From Ylistrum balloti (taxonomy: Eukaryota): 64,000 nucleotides of DNA. A program made the position numbers and the translations under genes. Under the pieces are notes generated by a model. It saw only the letters and a list, made by a program, of their open reading frames with translations. It was not told where the DNA came from and made no database searches. Positions within the stretch are counted from its first letter, which is position 1. Each line of letters opens with the position of its first letter. Where the stretch lies: NCBI RefSeq assembly GCF_031769215.1, contig NW_026782299.1, positions 3,844,001-3,908,000 on the forward strand, written 5' to 3'. Shown here piece by piece: positions 25,886 to 40,355 of this stretch.

Positions 25886-28800
25886 TTATGTAAACAAATT
25901 CTTCAGAATATTCTTTGTGGTTGGTTTCCATGTCTTCATCTGCCTGAGACTGAAGTAGCCATACTTGAACTTGCTGTAGCTGTGTTTGCCTGTGTAACCG
26001 TAGGCAATACCTTCCTCTGTAGCTTTGTGGGTCTGCACCAGTTTTTGTCCTGAAATCAAGCACCAAAAGTAAATACCAAGGATTTCTAAAATACTGAGTT
26101 TATTGTAAAAATCATCTGATATCAATCTAAGTAAACAGTGTTCCTTCAGATTAGCATGATAGTTACATGTCATGTTTTAGCTTACTAACCTTTTTCAAAG
26201 CTGAGATGGGTGTTATCTGCAGAACTGTGTGTCACAAGAGCTTTAAGTAGACAACATTGTTCTAGGGGTACACCATGGTAAGGGTATTGGGCCACGTCCC
26301 TGTGAGAAATGTCCTGCTCCATCTTGTTTACAGAGACTTGCTCTTCCTCACTGCTTACCCATCCTTGTCTACAGACACGAGGTGGTGGAGCATCATCTTC
26401 TTCATCTGAATCCTGGGAGGGCATAGAAAATTTCCTTACAGGTGTTTCCTTGTCAACATGTTGTGGAGACATTTTTGTACGGAGTTCCTGAAGTGTGGAA
26501 TTTTCCTCTTTTGTGACTGATTTTCTCACTTTCTTGGCATGTTTTGATTGTTCCATCACATCATCACTGATCTCTTGTCTAGATATTTTGTTTTCTCCTG
26601 TTGTTTTAGTTTTAGAATGTTTTCTCATGTGGTCATTGGAACATTCACCATCTGATTCTGAAAAAAACGAAATAATGGAAATTCAAATTCAAATTTAAAG
26701 AACTTGCTTAATTTCCTTTTTTGGGCTCCACCCCACAAGGTGAATTAAAAACTTGTCAAAACCAATTAATACAGATTATCTCCCTTATTTAAAGCCAAAC
26801 TAGCATCAATCCCTATTACTCATTGATTTTCTTTTTTAAACTGAACATATGGAAAAAAATGTATTTAAACGATAAAATGAAGTGATACAGATGTGATAAG
26901 AAGGGATGATACACATTCCCTATCGTGGGAACATCACTGGCAGACAAAACATGTTTATTCAATAATAATTACCATTTGAATGTTTGGAGGATGAAGACCT
27001 CTTCGAAGAAGACTTTGTCTCCTGAGGAGAGGGCGTTGTAAATTTGACTGGAGATTCTAAGATCTGTCTGTATACAGGCTCTGGAGCGGAAGCTGTCTCT
27101 GAATATCCCAATTCTCGCAGTTGCTCCTGAAAAATTCATATATAATTTTGAAATCAGACATGTATTAGGAAGTTTTATAAATTTCATTAACACACATTAC
27201 AGCAATGATCAGATGGTTATCAATTGATAAATATAATAAAAGGTAGTATATCTCTATTTGGTCATCAATTTCTGTTCTGTCATCAGAGAACATCAGTGAT
27301 ATGAATCGCCATTATAGCAACATTCAGAAATAAATATTGATTTGAATACAAAAGTTTCCACACTCAAAGCTTTAAATGGGACTCTACTGAAAGATAGCAT
27401 CATTAAATTCAAAGTTAACAACTCTTAGAGATACAGACATTCAAATCTATCAAATCAGTGTATGATTACACATTGCTTCATAGGAGAAAGTTCTAAACCT
27501 ACACTGAGTTTGAGTATTATACTATTCATTTGCACTTACTGCAATGTTTGGAAACTTGTAGACAAAGACATCATCTTTTCTCGTCAAGGACACCTTTGGA
27601 AGGTCAATGAATGTTGGCGATACTGATGCCATCAGGTCAAGCGTTGCCTGTGATTTTTCAGTTCTGCAAATAAGAAATTTAAATTCCTTTTTAATTGGTA
27701 TTAGTGTAATGCTCTGGACAAAATTTAAGTATGAAAAATAATAAATGGCAATTATTCCTAAATAAATGATAAAAGAGTGATGATTCAGGTGCAATGCACT
27801 TCTCATTGAAATTTATCTATGTATGAAGTTTCAAGAGCAATAACTCTTATATTATGCAAAACAAGTGATGGTTCTGGTGCACATCCTATTGTTGATATCT
27901 ATGAAATTCCATGTTTATACCTTTTATAGTTTTAGTGGAATGCTCCTGACAAATTTAAGTATGAAAAATAATAAAGGGCGATAACTCCTTAATTATGCAT
28001 CAAATGGTTCTTGTGCACTGCACTTCTCCTTGTTAAGATCTATCTACCTATGAAATGTTATATTGATATCTCTTACACATAGATGGATGGATAGACAAAA
28101 GGCAAAATGGCTAATCATTATTTTCATGGAGTAAAATATACTCTTGCCTGGTAATAAGCCCACCAGTCTAATAGAATTGAAGTTGAAATGCCAAAAAATG
28201 CTGAATATCATTGTCTGTACTGAGCCCCATTCCCCACCTTGTTTGAGGGATAGGTAATGTTTATGTCTCCTGAACCTATTGTAAAATAAATTAGATATAT
28301 AAAATTCTACCTGTTGGTCTCCTGTTGGTTCAATATCTGTACAAATTTGTTCATGGCAGCATTGCTAACTTTCACTCGTTTTTCTTCAAATTTTTCCATT
28401 TCACCTGCTATCCTGATCATACCCTGCAATTAACCATATAACATAATATTGTTGATTTTCTAATTTTATTTCATTACTATCTAACAAGTTTAATTCAGAT
28501 TCTGGCTGTATGAAATACACCATAAAAAATAATCAATGAAAATAACATGACAAGATCCTTATTTAGATTTCACCAATGAAGAATCACTTATCCAATCACA
28601 TGTATAATTCATTCCGATTGTCATCAAACTCTCAAAACTCTTTAAAGAAATTGTTAATATGTAGAATGTCAAACTCTCAATAAAATCAGCAGTTATAATG
28701 GACTAATGGTAACAGAAAGTGGAGAGAAAATAAAATTGGTTGGCAATCCCTCTAACTTGGGTGAAAATAGAAGAGATGATATATACTCTGTAACATTGTA

Positions 28801-31456
28801 CTCCGGGTATAACAACATTATCAGTACTGATTATAGTGCCAATTCTTTATACCAGGTATCAATATCAAAATTATATTGACAAGTTTTTACCTCTTGAAGA
28901 TATTTTTGGCTTTCAGCTTCTTCTATCATTAAAGCCTGGCACTGTCTCAGACATTTGTCAAGGCGATTGATCAATTCTTTTTCCAACCCTTTAAGAGTTC
29001 TCTGCTCTTTGATCTGACGGGCTGATGCATCTACGTCCAAATTGACACTAATCTGCAGAGCGGCTTGAACATTTTGTAGCTTCTTCTGACATTTTGTTAG
29101 TTGTTCACGTATCTTTGTCAATGTCTGGATTGTGAAGAAAATATTTTCATGACCAGGTTATAATATTCAATATCTTGGATAATGAAATGATCAATTATAA
29201 TTTTACACCAGAAGAAAACTTTCGATTTCATACCGAAGTAAAACACGAAATTATAATCTAGACAAATACAATTGGAATAACACAATATGAAATTTTAAAA
29301 ATTACCTTTTTCTCCTTTTTCAAAAGTGTGATTTTGTTTGCATGGTCATCAAGCAAGTTGGAATACTGTTTTTTCAATTCTTCTGGTCTCGTTTTTGTTG
29401 TAGGATTATCCAACCATCTGTTTTTAATAAAACAGAAACATTTCATATTGAACAGAAAATAATTTCCATCTACACCAAAATGCATACAGGCAAACTGCAC
29501 TTCAAATCATATGTTTTAATTTAAAACATCAATAAAAAATACTTAATGTTTCACCTTTGGTTTATTCAACAAGAGCATACCACCAATATTTTATCACATT
29601 ATTAATTACAAGCTAAGGACTTTCCTGAAGGCTGAATTTTACCTTTTAATTGTTTCATACGGTCCATCAACTTCAGCTAATTTGGACACCATGGCCTGTT
29701 GGAGGACGACAGTACTTTTCATGTATGCCAGGTATTTTTCCTTAAAATTCTCAAACAGGTTGTGACTTGATGCTGTGAACAACACCAGGTACAAAAAATG
29801 TACTTATATCAATGGAATATTAAGTTAAGTTAAGTTTATTTCCGGTTCAGGACTAAGACAAGTCCTCTACACCAGACTCATATATGTAAATACATAATAT
29901 ACAGGTATAGAAAATACACATGTACATAAATATAGCTATAGTTAAAGTTTGATTGTTGCCCTATAGTTATAATAAAGTTCTTGATTCTTCCAGTGGTTGT
30001 CCAGTTTGTTTTTAAAAGAGTTTATATTGGGTGCCGATACTACTTCTTCAGGTAGACTATTCCATATTGATACTGTTCGTATTGAAAAAAAGTTTTTCCG
30101 TAACATGTTGTTGCTCCGTTTGGGGAATATTTTTTTTGAATTTCCTCGACTGCTGTGGCGATCTGCCACATCTCTCCATAGTGGTACAGACGTGCAACAA
30201 TCTTTATCATAAACATTCAATATTTTATATAATTCAATCATATCACCTCTGATTCTTCTAAAGGCCAAAGTTGGTAATTTCAACTTTTTTAATATGTCAA
30301 TATAGCTTAAATTTTGCATCCCTGGGAGACTTTTGGTAGCTCGTCTTTATACAGCCTCGATCTTGTCTATATGTTTCTGTAAATGTGGCGACCACACAGC
30401 ACTAGCAAAATCCATATGGGAACGAACAAGACTTTTATATAGTGGAATAAATAATTTAAAATCCATAAACTGGAATGTTCTTCGTATTAATCGTATTAAT
30501 ATTGGTCTCTCTGGGACATGGAAATATTCTCCAATTATATATTTCACTCTGTGAAGAGTTAACAGGAAAATAAGTTTTGATAAAAAAATAATACCCGGTA
30601 AGACTTTTCAAAAAATTTAATGTAAAGATTTTGCATCATTTCCTAGCAGTATCAATATTGACATTTTATGAAGGGAAGTTACTGTGTATGGCTTGTAAAC
30701 TTCACTATATTTTGAAAAGAATATGTAATATATGGAATATAGTTATTATGACAACGCATTAAAAAAAAGAGAAATTCCAAAGCTATTAACATTGTGTTAA
30801 GCAGATCTACATCACCACATGCCACGAGACCTCGAACATTACAAATGCTAAATGAACCAACCAAATCAATAGGCCTAGTGTTGAAAAGGCTTCATTCAGT
30901 AATCAAAAATGCCTGTGCAGATATGTTTAGAAGATATGACATTTAGTACTTACCACTCTCATTCAATGATTTCAAAGAAGAATTATTTTGCTTTTCAATC
31001 AGTTGTAGTTGAGATGACTCATACCCTAGTCGGTCTTTGATGATATGTTTGATATGTCCGGCTATCCTGAAATAGTTAAAAATAATATATTTATTGTCAG
31101 TGAACCTCGAGTTTTCTTGTAATCTTGAACTGGGACAACAGACAATAAACGTGCCTGTTCACGGGACTCGTTACGATAGAATCATAAATATTTCATACAT
31201 TCTTTTTAAATATAATGATACCGTTTGCTCTGGTTTTAAAATGCTGAATCTCGGTTGAGTATTACATACTGATGTCATGAATGCGGTCTTGAAACCTAAA
31301 CATAATACTCTACTTGTGTTTTTACCCTCAAATATTCATCTTAAAATGATAAAGGACTTACTCTCGTCCCTTGACGAGACTGTCAATTGTTTCTTCTTTC
31401 AGTATACGCATTCTACAGCTCATTTTCTTCGGAGGACTTTCAGTACACGACTCCAT
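25886..31456 (-). CDS. F-BAR + atypical SH3 protein (PSTPIP/GAS7/PACSIN-like architecture), copy 1, 568 aa. Exons: 31456-31362, 31066-30954, 29772-29643, 29417-29306, 29124-28891, 28423-28311, 27663-27540, 27126-26973, 26657-26190, 26049-25886
   Basis: Ten exons with GT-AG introns in phase (1707 nt). The helical N-terminus fits an F-BAR start (DSLVKGREIAGHIKHIIKDRLGYESSQL..., followed by long coiled-coil). A Ser-rich acidic linker follows. The C-terminus is SH3-like: LKALVTH...LSFEKGQKL...GIAYG...YGYF. The gene model is strong; the family call is moderate. Confidence 0.8.
29822..30503 (-). mobile_element. 5'-truncated CR1/L2-type LINE in intron 2 of copy 1
   Basis: Encodes an RT C-terminus (LIRRTF...YKSLVRSHMDFASAVWSPH...IEAV*RRATKSLPG...LPTLAFRRIRGDMIELYKI...FFSIRTVSIWNSLP...FKNKLDNHW) with one in-frame stop. 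It has an (AACTT)n tail and an AATATT target duplication (29816-29821 and 30498-30503). It is absent at the matching site in copies 2 and 3. Confidence 0.92.
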
Positions 31457-31501
31457 GATTGATTCACAAATGGAATATGGCGCCTTAGCAACCCTCCAAA
31501 A

Positions 31502-31509
31502 GTCACGTG
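31502..31509 (-). promoter_or_regulatory. GTCACGTG E-box about 50 nt upstream of the F-BAR gene ATG, conserved in all three copies
   Basis: AAAAGTCACGTGC occurs at ~31497, ~39157 and ~47211. Confidence 0.4.
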
Positions 31510-34249
31510 CAAATAGCTGCGACATCTATTGATAAACTTTACGTACAAGGGGAGGTAACCTTATTAAACGTGTCTTGGATTTTCACTTTTTCAACATTCG
31601 GTTAGCAAGAAAGTTGCAGTATGCGTGTTTGTTTTGTGCGGAAATATCAATTTACTTCAAATGTATCTTCTTTTAGACCATCATTTCCTCGTGTACATAT
31701 TTTGCATTTGTGTTTATTGAATATTTTTTTTTTGTGGTTTTTTAATTATCCGGGCCTTTTTTTTTTAGTAAGAGTTATGTCCCTTGTGTCGTAGCCTAAA
31801 GGATGGGCTGTCGTCTGATTGCTCAGTTAAAAACAGGGGTCGCTGAGATCAATCTTATCGGTCAGTTTTAAGGACTATGTAAGTGATCAATTAATCTTTT
31901 TATGTCTTATATGGGGAAGACATTTTTTTGGTCTTTTTGACTTTTTTATGATGTTGTATCTACTATTTAGAGTTTCATTACTTTTTCGAGAAATTTCAAT
32001 CTTCAAATTCATGATACTTTGTCAACTTTGAGAGTGACATTCTTCATTCCTATCCTCTGTTGCGTCCTTTTACATTTATATTATTATCACTAACAACAGG
32101 CAAACAACATAATTATATAATTCTTCATGTTCTATTAAGATTTGATATTTATAGTTTTATCCACGTATTAAAGGAAATCTATTTGAAAACTGAATGAATC
32201 GCATAACTGCTGGCGTGACATGACGTGACGTGCGTAAAAACGTTGGTTACTTATATAAACTAAAATAATCTCAACACCTTTCCAGGAAATGTGAAGTCAA
32301 GAAATTTAAAACGTTTAAATGCAACTTTTAACCTTTAAATCCTTACATGGATCTTGCAATATTTCAAATTAAGTCAATTTGACCCCTTTTGGTCCTGTCC
32401 ATCATGCCCCTTGGAACACAATTTTAGTTTGTCTTTTGCCATGAAAGGCTCGGAGGTGTTTGAAAGGAATTGTACAACTGGCGACTACCCAATAAAAATA
32501 CCAAATGGGCCCGCATCGTTCACCGCGTAATTAATGTTCATCACAGATACATTAAACATATACACCAATCAACAAATCCTATCATTTTAACCAATTTATA
32601 AAAAAAACTTACGTTTCTAAACAGTGATATTTATGACCTGCATTATCTGTAAATGTCACTTTTCCTCTCCAAAATTTTGTACAAAAGTTGACACCTATCT
32701 AAGAAATAAGCTCACTTGCACTTTGGCCAGGTAAGCTCAAAAGAGTCATCTTGGTCAGTTATAGTTATTCCCATATTTCTTGAAGTACTGGGAGGATATT
32801 TATTTAGGTATGTAGGTTATATTTCTGTGTCTTATTGCTCACATTCAGAGCAAACAGGCGGATAGAAGAAAATTATCAAACTAATAGAGACTTTATGAAG
32901 ATCTTACAATGGTGGTTGTGGGACGCCTTTGGGAAACCTCTTTCTAAAGTGCTTGTAATTGGCTCTCCTTAGGCTGGATATATTTGGCTAGTGTAATAAA
33001 ATAAGAGACAAATATTGAAAATTCAATAACCACTTTTTTATTAATATAACATATTTTAAAATGTAATGATAAATATCACAAAATCAATAATGTAAAAATA
33101 CATCATTTAATTTTTAATATCAGTAGACAATATGAATTGCACCAAACCAGATAGAAACTGAATAGAGTAGAAAACTTATCATTATTTTTTAAAAACTACA
33201 AACAAGTAAAAATGTGAAAGATGTTACACTTTATCAAAGAAAATACACCAATTTGTCTTAAATGCTATCAAATAAAAATAGAGTAGAACATCTATATATG
33301 TAATATCCTCCTATATATAACATCACCCCATATAGTTATCACATCCCGATACAATATTACCCATGTCTTATGTATTCCATACACTGTCTAAAGTATCCCA
33401 GTATCATTAAGATATTAAATTACTGTATAAAATACTAAATACTGTATAAAATTTCATTACAGAAAACTTGGTCTACATGCTTTCTGTTAAAAAATTTACT
33501 GTAACTGGAATAGATAATCTCAAATTTTGTAAAAAAAAAAAAAAAAACAAATAAAAAGACAAAGAAAAAGAGAGCATAATTCATTATTAGGTGTTTGCAA
33601 ATGACCTATAAAAATCTGGGCATTTTTTTCTCAAGAAAGTAAATGATTGAACATGACAATGTCAGTGCCATATTTATCCTGCAATAAGGCCAGGGAGTCA
33701 ACCAACTCTGACTCGAGGTCTGGCCTTATTGCAGGACAATAAAATGTTACTACATTGTAATTCTACTTAAGAAGCAATAATACCATTCTTTACCAAAGAT
33801 ACATGGTTGGACTTACTACCATGTGTTACTAATTGCCCGATACACAATATTTTGTTGATCACATCTCTGATTTTTCTCTGTAACACTATAACAAAGTTAG
33901 TTAAATTCTGATTATCTCCATAGCCACTTAAAATCTTATGATAATATAAATGTCTTAATAATTACTATTCTCTCTTTTCCTTCTTAAAGTATGTACAAAT
34001 ATCCACACTTATTATTTACATATATTTTGCTGCTCTACGATGTTTTTGTTTTGTATCATTAAATTTTGATATATTTCTTCTCTTCCTTATTACACAAAAA
34101 ATATATTTAAAAAGCAGTACAGTTATTTATATCTGATATTTATAAATACTAAAAAGCTCAAATCTGAGAATTGTGATATTGTCATCATTGGCACAAAGGT
34201 AAAAGTTATCAAAGTTAAAAAACTACTCTAACCATAAAAAGTTGTATAT

Positions 34250-37200
34250 TTATGTAAATAAATTCTTCAGAATATTCTTTGTGGTTGGTTTCCATGTCTT
34301 CATCTGCCTGAGACTGAAGTAGCCATACTTGACCTTGCTGTAGCTGTGTTTGCTTGTGTAACCGTAGGCTATACCTTCCTCTGTAGCTTTGTGGGTCTGC
34401 ACCAGTTTTTGTCCTGAAATCAAGCACCAAACGTAAACGACAATGATTTCTAAGATACTGAGTTTATTGTAAAAATCATCTGCTATCAATCTAAGTAAAC
34501 AGTGTTCCTTCAGATTAGCATGATAGTTACATGTCATGTTTTAGCTTACTAACCTTTTTCAAAGCTGAGATGGGTGTTATCTGCAGAACTGTGTGTCACA
34601 AGAGCTTTAAGTAGACGACATTGTTCTAGGGGTACACCATGGTAAGGGTATTGGGCCACGTCCCTGTGAGAAATGTCCTGCTCCATCTTGTTTACAGAGA
34701 CTTGCTCTTCCTCACTGCTTACCCATCCTTGTCTACAGACACGAGGTGGTGGAGCATCATCTTCTTCATCTGAATCCTGGGAGGGCATAGAAAACTTCCT
34801 TACTGGTGTTTCCTTGTCAACAGGTTGTGGAGACATTTTTGTACGGAGTTCCTGAAGGGTGGACTTTTCCTCTTTTGTGACTGATTTTCTCACTTTCTTG
34901 GCATGTTTTGATTGTTCCATCACATCATCACTGATCTCTTGTCTAGATATTTTGTTTTCTCCTGTTGTTTTAGTTTTAAAATGTTTTCTCATGTGGTCAT
35001 TGGAACATTCACCATCTGATTCTGAAAAAAACGAAATAATGGAAATTCAAATTCAAATTTAAAGAACTTGCTTAATTTCCTTTTTTGGGCACCAACCCAC
35101 AAGGTGAAGTAAAAACTTGTCAAAACCAATTAATACAGATTATCTCCCTTATTTAAAGCCAAACTAGCATCAATCCCTATTACTACATATAGAAAAAAAT
35201 GTATTTAAACGAATAAATGATGTGATACAGATGTGATAAGAAGGGATGATACACATTCCCTATCGTGGGAACATCACTGGCAGACAAAACATGTTTATTC
35301 AATAATAATTACCATTTGAATGTTTGGAGGATGAAGACCTCTTCGAAGAAGACTTTGTCTCCTGAGGAGAGGGCGTTGTAAATTTGACTGGAGATTCTAA
35401 GATCTGTCTGTATACAGGCTCTGGAGCGGAAGCTGTCTCTGAATATCCCAATTCTCGCAGTTGCTCCTGAAAAATTCATATATAATTTTGAAATCAGACA
35501 TGTATTAGGAAGTTTTATAAATTTCATTAAAACACATTACAGCAATGATCAGATGGTTATCAATTGATAAATATAATAAAAGGTAGTATATCTCTATTTG
35601 GTCATCAATTTCTGTTCTGTCATCAGAGAACATCAGTGATATGAATCGCCATTATAGCAACATTCAGAAATAAATATTGATTTGAATACAAAAGTTTCCA
35701 CACTTAAAGATTTAAATGGGACTCTACTGAAAGATAGCATCATTAATTTCAAAGTCTTTTAACAACTCTTAGAGATACAGACATTCAAATCTATCAAACC
35801 AGTGTATGATTACACATTGCTTCATAGGAGAAAGTTCTAAACCTACACTGAGTTTGAGTATTATACTATTCATTTGCACTTACTGCAATGTTTGGAAACT
35901 TGTAGACAAAGACATCATCTTTTCTTGTCAAGGACACCTTTGGAAGGTCAATAAATGTTGGCGATACTGATGCCATCAGGTCAAGCGTTGCCTGTGATTT
36001 TTCAGTTCTGCAAATAAGAAATTTAAATTCCTTTTTAATTGGTATTAGTGTAATGCTCTGGACAAAATTTAAGTATGAAAAATAATAAAGGGCAATTATT
36101 CCTAAATAATACATACAAGAGTGATGATTCAAGTGCACTGCAATTCTCATTATTGAAATTTATCTATCTATGAAGTTTCAAGGGCAATAACTCTTATATT
36201 ATGCAAAACAAGTGATGGTTCTGGTGCACATCCTATCGTTGATATCTATGAAATTCCATGTTTATACCTTTTATAGTTTTAGTGGAATGCTCCTGACAAA
36301 TTTAAGTATGAAAAATAATAAAGGGCAATAACTCCTTAATTATGCATCAGATGGTTCTTGTGCACTGCACTTCTCCTTGTTAAGATCTATCTACCTATGA
36401 AATGTTATATTGATATCTCTTACACATAGATGGATGGATAGACAAAAGGCAAAATGGCTAATCATTATTTTCATGGAGTAAAATATACTCTTGCCTGGTA
36501 ATAAGCCCACCAGTCTAATAGAATTGAAGTTGAAATGCCAAAAAATGCTGAATATCATTGTCTGTACTGAGCCCCATTCCCCACCTTGTTTGAGGGATAG
36601 GTAATGTTTATGTCTCCTGAACTTATTGTAAAATAAATTAGATATATCAAATTCTACCTGTTGGTCTCCTGTTGGTTCAATATCTGTACAAATTTGTTCA
36701 TGGCAGCATTGCTAACTTTCACTCGTTTTTCTTCAAATTTTTCCATTTCACCTGCTATCCTGATCATACCCTGCAATTAACCATATAACATAATACTGTT
36801 GATTTTCTGATCTTATTTTTCATTACTATCTAACAAGTTTAATTCAGATTCTGGCTGTATGAAATACACCATAAAAAATAATCAATGAAAATAACATGAC
36901 AAGATCCTTATTTAGATTTCACCAATGAAGAATCACTTATCCAATCACATGTATAATTCATTCCGATTGTCATCAAACTCTCAAAACTCTTTAAAGAAAT
37001 TGTTAATATGTAGAATGTCAAACTCTCAATAAAATCAGCAGTTATAATGGACTAATGGTAACAGAAAGTGGAGAGAAAATAAAATTGGTTGGCAATCCCT
37101 CTAACTTGGGTGAAAATGGAAGATGATATATATACTCTGTAACATTGTACTCCGGGCATAACAACATTATCAGTACTGATTATAGTGCCAATTCTTTATA

Positions 37201-39114
37201 CCAGGTATCAATATCAAATTATATTGACAAGTTTTTACCTCTTGAAGATATTTTTGGCTTTCAGCTTCTTCTATCATTAAAGCCTGGCACTGTCTCAGAG
37301 ATTTGTCAAGGCGATTGATCAATTCTTTTTCCAACCCTTTAAGAGTTCTCTGCTCTTTGATCTGACGGGCTGATGCATCTACGTCCAAATTGACACTAAT
37401 CTGCAGAGCGGCTTGAACATTTTGTAGCTTCTTCTGACATTTTGTTAGTTGTTTACGTATCTTTGTCAATGTCTGGATTGTGAATAAAATATTTTCATGG
37501 CCAGGTTATAATATTCATTATCTTGGATAATGAAATGATCAATTATAATTTTACACCAGAAGAAAACTTTCGATTTCATACCGAAGTAAAACTCAAAATT
37601 ATAATCTAGACAAATACAATTGGAATAACACAATATGAAATTTTAAAAATTACCTTTTTCTCCTTTTTCAAAAGTGTGATTTTGTTTGCATGGCCATCAA
37701 GCAAGTTGGAATACTGTTTTTTCAATTCTTCTGGTCTCGTTTTTGTTGTAGGATTATCCAACCATCTGTTTTTATAAAACAGAAACATTTCATATTGAAC
37801 AGAAAATAATTTCTATCTACAACAAAATGCATACAGGCAAACCGCACTTCAAATCATATGTTTTAATTTAAAACATCAATAAAAAATACTTAATGTTTCA
37901 CATTTGGTTTGTCAACAAGAGCATACCACCAATATTTTATCACACTATTAATTACAAGCTAAGGACTTTCCTGAAGGCTGAATTTTACCTTTTAATTGTT
38001 TCATACGGTCCATCAACTTCAGCTAATTTGGACACCATGGCCTGTTGGAGGACGACAGTACTTTTCATGTAAGCCAGGTATTTTTCCTTAAAATTCTCAA
38101 ACAGGTTGTGACTTGATGCTGTGAACAACACCAGGTACAAAAAATGTACTTATATCAATGGAATATTGGTTTCTCTGGGACATGGAAATATTCTCCAATT
38201 ATATATTTCACTCTGTGAAGAGTTAACAGGAAAATAAGTTTTTTTATAAAACAATAATAAGACTTTTCAAAAAATTTAATATAATGATTTTGCATAATTT
38301 CCTGGCAGTATCAATATTGACATTTTACGAAAGGAAGTTACTGTGTATGACTTGTAAACTTCACTATATTATGAAAAGAAAATATAATATATGGAATATA
38401 GTTATGACAACTCATGAACAGAGAAATTCCAATGCTGTTAACATTGTGTTAAGCAGATCTACATCACCACATGCCACGAGACCTCGAACATTACAAATGC
38501 TAAATGAACCAACCAAGTCAATAGGGCTAGTGTTAAAAAGGCTTCATTCAGTAATCAAAAATGCCTGTGCAGATATGTTTAGAAGATCTGACATTTAGTA
38601 CTTACCACTCTCATTCAATGATTTCAAAGAAGAATTATTTTGCTTTTCAATCAGTTGTAGTTGGGATGACTCATACCCTAGTCGGTCTTTGATGATATGT
38701 TTGATATGTCCGGCTATCCTGAAATAGTTAAAAATAATATATTTATTGTCAGTGAACCTCGAGTTTTCTTGTAATCTTGAACTGGGACAATAGACAATAA
38801 ACGTGCCTGTTCACAGGACTGGTTACGATAGAATCATAAATATTTCATACATTCTTTTTAGATATAATGATACCGTTTGCTCTGGTTTTAGAATGTTGTC
38901 GTTGAATCTCGGTTGAGTATTGCATACTGATGTCAGGAATGCCGTCTTGAATCCTAAACATAATACTCTACTTGTGTTTTTACCTTCAAATATTCATCTT
39001 AAAATGATAAATGACTTACTCTCGTCCCTTGACGAGACTGTCAATTGTTTCTTCTTTCAGTATACGCATTCTACAGCTCATTTTCTTCGGAGGACTTTCA
39101 GTACACGACTCCAT
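34250..39114 (-). CDS. F-BAR + atypical SH3 protein, copy 2, intact. Exons: 39114-39020, 38718-38606, 38118-37989, 37765-37654, 37472-37239, 36770-36658, 36007-35884, 35466-35313, 35021-34554, 34413-34250
   Basis: Exon lengths and splice sites match copy 1; no stop or frameshift was seen. Confidence 0.8.
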
Positions 39115-40355
39115 GATTGATTCACAAATGGAATATGGCGCCTTAGCAACCCTCCAAAAGTCACGTGCAAATAGCTGCGACATCTATTGATAAACTTTAC
39201 GTACAAGGGGAGGTAACCTAATTAAACGTGTCTTGGATTTTCACGTTTTCAACATTCGGTTAGCAAGAAAGTTGCAGTATGCGTGTTTGTTTTGTGCGGA
39301 AATATCAATTTACTTCAAATGTATCTTCTTTTAGACCATCGTTTCCTCGTGCACATATTTTGCATTTGTGTTTATTGAACATTTTGGGTTTTTTAATGTT
39401 TATTTAATTATCCGGGCCTTTTTTTAGTAAGAGTTATGTCCCTTGTGTCGTAGCCAACAGGATGGGCTGTCGTCTGATTGCTCAGTTAATAACATTGATC
39501 GCGGAGATCAATCTTATCGGTCAGTTTTAAGGACTATGTAAGTGATCAATTAATCTTTTTATGTCTAATATGGGGAAGACATTTTTTTTGTCTTTTTGAC
39601 TTTTTTATGATGTTGTATCTACTATTTAGAGTTTCATTACTTTTTCGAGAAATTTCAGTCTTCAAATTCATAATACTTGGTCAACTTCTTTGAGAGTGAC
39701 ATTCTTCATTCCTATCCTCTGTTGCGTCCTTTTACATTTATATTATTATCACTAACAACAGGCAAACAACATAATTATATACCTGATGCTGATCAATATT
39801 TTGTTTATTTACCAACACTCAACACAAAAGACACACACATTATTTATCATTTCCCTCTTAATAAAAGTGTTTTATGTCGAATATCACTCTCCAGCATAAT
39901 ATCAGTTAATTACACAGGAATGGACTTGTTAATTCTGAATTGAAATATAAACTGATCGAAGGGAGGTACCGCGGGAATAAGAAGCATACCACTTTAAGTA
40001 CATGACCATTCTTCATGTTCTATTAAGATTTGATATTTATAGTTTTATCCACGTATTAAAGGAAATCTATTTGAAAACTGAATGAATCGCATAACTGCTG
40101 GCGTGACATGACGTGACGTGCGTAAAAATGTTGGTTACTTATATAAACTAAAATAATCTCAACACCTTTCCAGGATGAAATGTGAAGTCAAGAAATTTAA
40201 AACGTTTAAATGCAACTTTTAACCTTTAAATTCTTACATGGATCTTGCAATATTTCAAATTAAGTCAATTTGACCCCTTTTGGTCCTGTCCATCATGCCC
40301 CTTGGAACACAATTTTAGTTTGTCTTTTGCCATGAAAGGCTCGGAGGTGTTTGTC

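Noticed and set aside
26309-26698. Plus-strand ORFs repeated three times (also at 34673-35062 and 42724-43113)
   Set aside because: They are antisense shadows of F-BAR exon 9; their recurrence only reflects the triplication.
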